Shown here piece by piece: positions 25,358-26,456 of a stretch of 26,456 bases of DNA. A model generated the notes under the pieces. The model worked only from the letters and a program-made list of their open reading frames with translations, did no database searches and had not been told where the DNA came from. Position 1 is the first letter of the stretch. Every line of letters starts with the position of its first letter. The position numbers and the translations under genes were made by a program. Source of the DNA: Candidatus Methylomirabilia bacterium (GTDB lineage: Bacteria > Methylomirabilota > Methylomirabilia > Rokubacteriales > CSP1-6); the NCBI GenBank assembly GCA_041492755.1, contig JBGPXN010000055.1, positions 1 through 26,456 of the forward strand. Reading direction: 5' to 3'.

Positions 25358-26377
25358 CTACCCCTTCAGCTCCTTCTTTAGCTCGTTGAGCAGCCGCCAG
25401 TCGGTGCCCTGGGCGATGATCTTCGTCGGACTGGACTTGATCATCCGGGCCTCGTGCAGGCGCAGCGCGTAGAAGCGGACTGCATCTTCGGGATCGTACG
25501 CTCGCCACCGGTCGTAGGGGATGTCTTTCATGGTCTGGAGCGCATAGTCGTACCGTGGCGCGAAGCCCTTGTCGACGAGAGACCGCGCCACCCGTTCGGG
25601 CTCGACGGCGCAGACGTCGGTCGACTTCAAGATGGCTCGGAGGGCTCGCTTGGTCGCCACCGGGTGCTTGCGGGCGAATTCACGATTCGCGATGAGCATG
25701 CAGCAGAAGTACTGGGACCAGGGCCGATCCACGGCGCTGTTCACCACCACATGCCCGATCTTCTTCGCGCGCAGCTCTTGGGGGTCAGGTGGGAAGCCCA
25801 GGAAGGCGTCGAGCCTTCCTTCGGCCAGCAGGCGGATCGCCTCGGCGCGTGGGCGCGTCATCCAGTTGATGTCCTTCTGAGGATCCAAACCGACATGCGC
25901 CGCCATGACGCTGAGAAACACGTGCTGAGTCGACCCCAGACCCGGTATCGCTGTCGCCTTTCCCTTCAGGTCACGGATCGTGCGCACCCGCTCGGCGCCG
26001 AACAGCTCGAAGCAACCGACGTGGACTCCAGCCAGGAAGACGATGGGTTCTCCCGCATCGATTTGGATGATCGCGGGTGCAACGAAGGACACGCTGATAT
26101 CGAGTTCACCAGCGGCAACAGCTTTTTGCGCTCCTTGGGCTCCGTCCTTTCTGACGTACCGCACATCGGTGAACCCCTCACCACGCAGCAGCTCTTGCGC
26201 GATGTACTGCGGGGCCGCGCACAGGCTGTCGCGCTGGTCCAGTCTGAGCGTTGTCGTCTCGGGCGGCGGCTCCGCGGCTGTCTGATTGGGCCGCACTCCG
26301 AGGAGCGCCGCAGTCCCCGCCAGCGTCAGCCCACTCATGAACTCCCGTCGCCTGTCGTTCGTTTGCCGATCGCGCAT
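25358..26377 (-). CDS. NitT/TauT (SsuA/THI5-like) ABC substrate-binding protein with Tat signal
   Basis: GAGGAGG SD, RRREFM twin-Arg, AEPPPETTTLRL, IRDLKGK, GLDPQKDI, DAFLGFPPDPQELRA, TDWRLLNELKKELK. Confidence 0.88.
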   Translation of the reverse strand: MRDRQTNDRRREFMSGLTLAGTAALLGVRPNQTAAEPPPETTTLRLDQRDSLCAAPQYIAQELLRGEGFTDVRYVRKDGAQGAQKAVAAGELDISVSFVAPAIIQIDAGEPIVFLAGVHVGCFELFGAERVRTIRDLKGKATAIPGLGSTQHVFLSVMAAHVGLDPQKDINWMTRPRAEAIRLLAEGRLDAFLGFPPDPQELRAKKIGHVVVNSAVDRPWSQYFCCMLIANREFARKHPVATKRALRAILKSTDVCAVEPERVARSLVDKGFAPRYDYALQTMKDIPYDRWRAYDPEDAVRFYALRLHEARMIKSSPTKIIAQGTDWRLLNELKKELKG

Positions 26378-26456
26378 GGAGACCTCCTCGCCGGAACCCG
26401 CCGCACCGCGGCGAAGTGCCTGTGTCGCGCCGCCGTCCGTTGACGCCCTTAACCTC

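Noticed and set aside
26444..26453. GTTAAGG on the minus strand at the window edge as a possible third attC R' box
   Set aside because: It does not fit GTTRRRY or complement GTCTAAC, and the rest of any site would lie outside the window.

Overview
This is a very GC-rich bacterial window. Its gene style (tandem luciferase-like monooxygenases, Liv-type ABC transporter, orphan Tat-exported NitT/TauT binding protein, Uma2, ECF42+DGPF) suggests a soil lineage such as Candidatus Rokubacteria/Methylomirabilota, but that is inference only. Left arm: a 5'-truncated ThDP-dependent acetolactate-synthase-like gene, a small coupled ORF, an actinobacterial-type class II fbaA, a decayed second copy of the ThDP gene, and a DGPF/YciI - ECF42 sigma - membrane protein unit with a matching promoter. 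Middle: Uma2, then a Liv-type ABC importer plus amidohydrolase transcribed divergently from four tandem LLM oxidoreductases and a Tudor-like protein. After these come a DMT transporter and an operon of a nucleophile-less alpha/beta-hydrolase, a fifth LLM and an Ldh_2 dehydrogenase. Right arm: a PEGA-like protein + patatin lipoprotein pair and an HpcH aldolase, each preceded by an unexplained structured non-coding region. The most striking signal is invisible in the ORF track: an integrase-less integron cassette array on the minus strand. It holds a complete cassette (Tat alpha/beta-hydrolase, ~23924-25069) whose 70-bp attC ends in G|AT instead of G|TT, suggesting insertion at a non-classical chromosomal attG site. 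It is preceded by an unusually short 44-bp attC behind a truncated methyltransferase-like gene.
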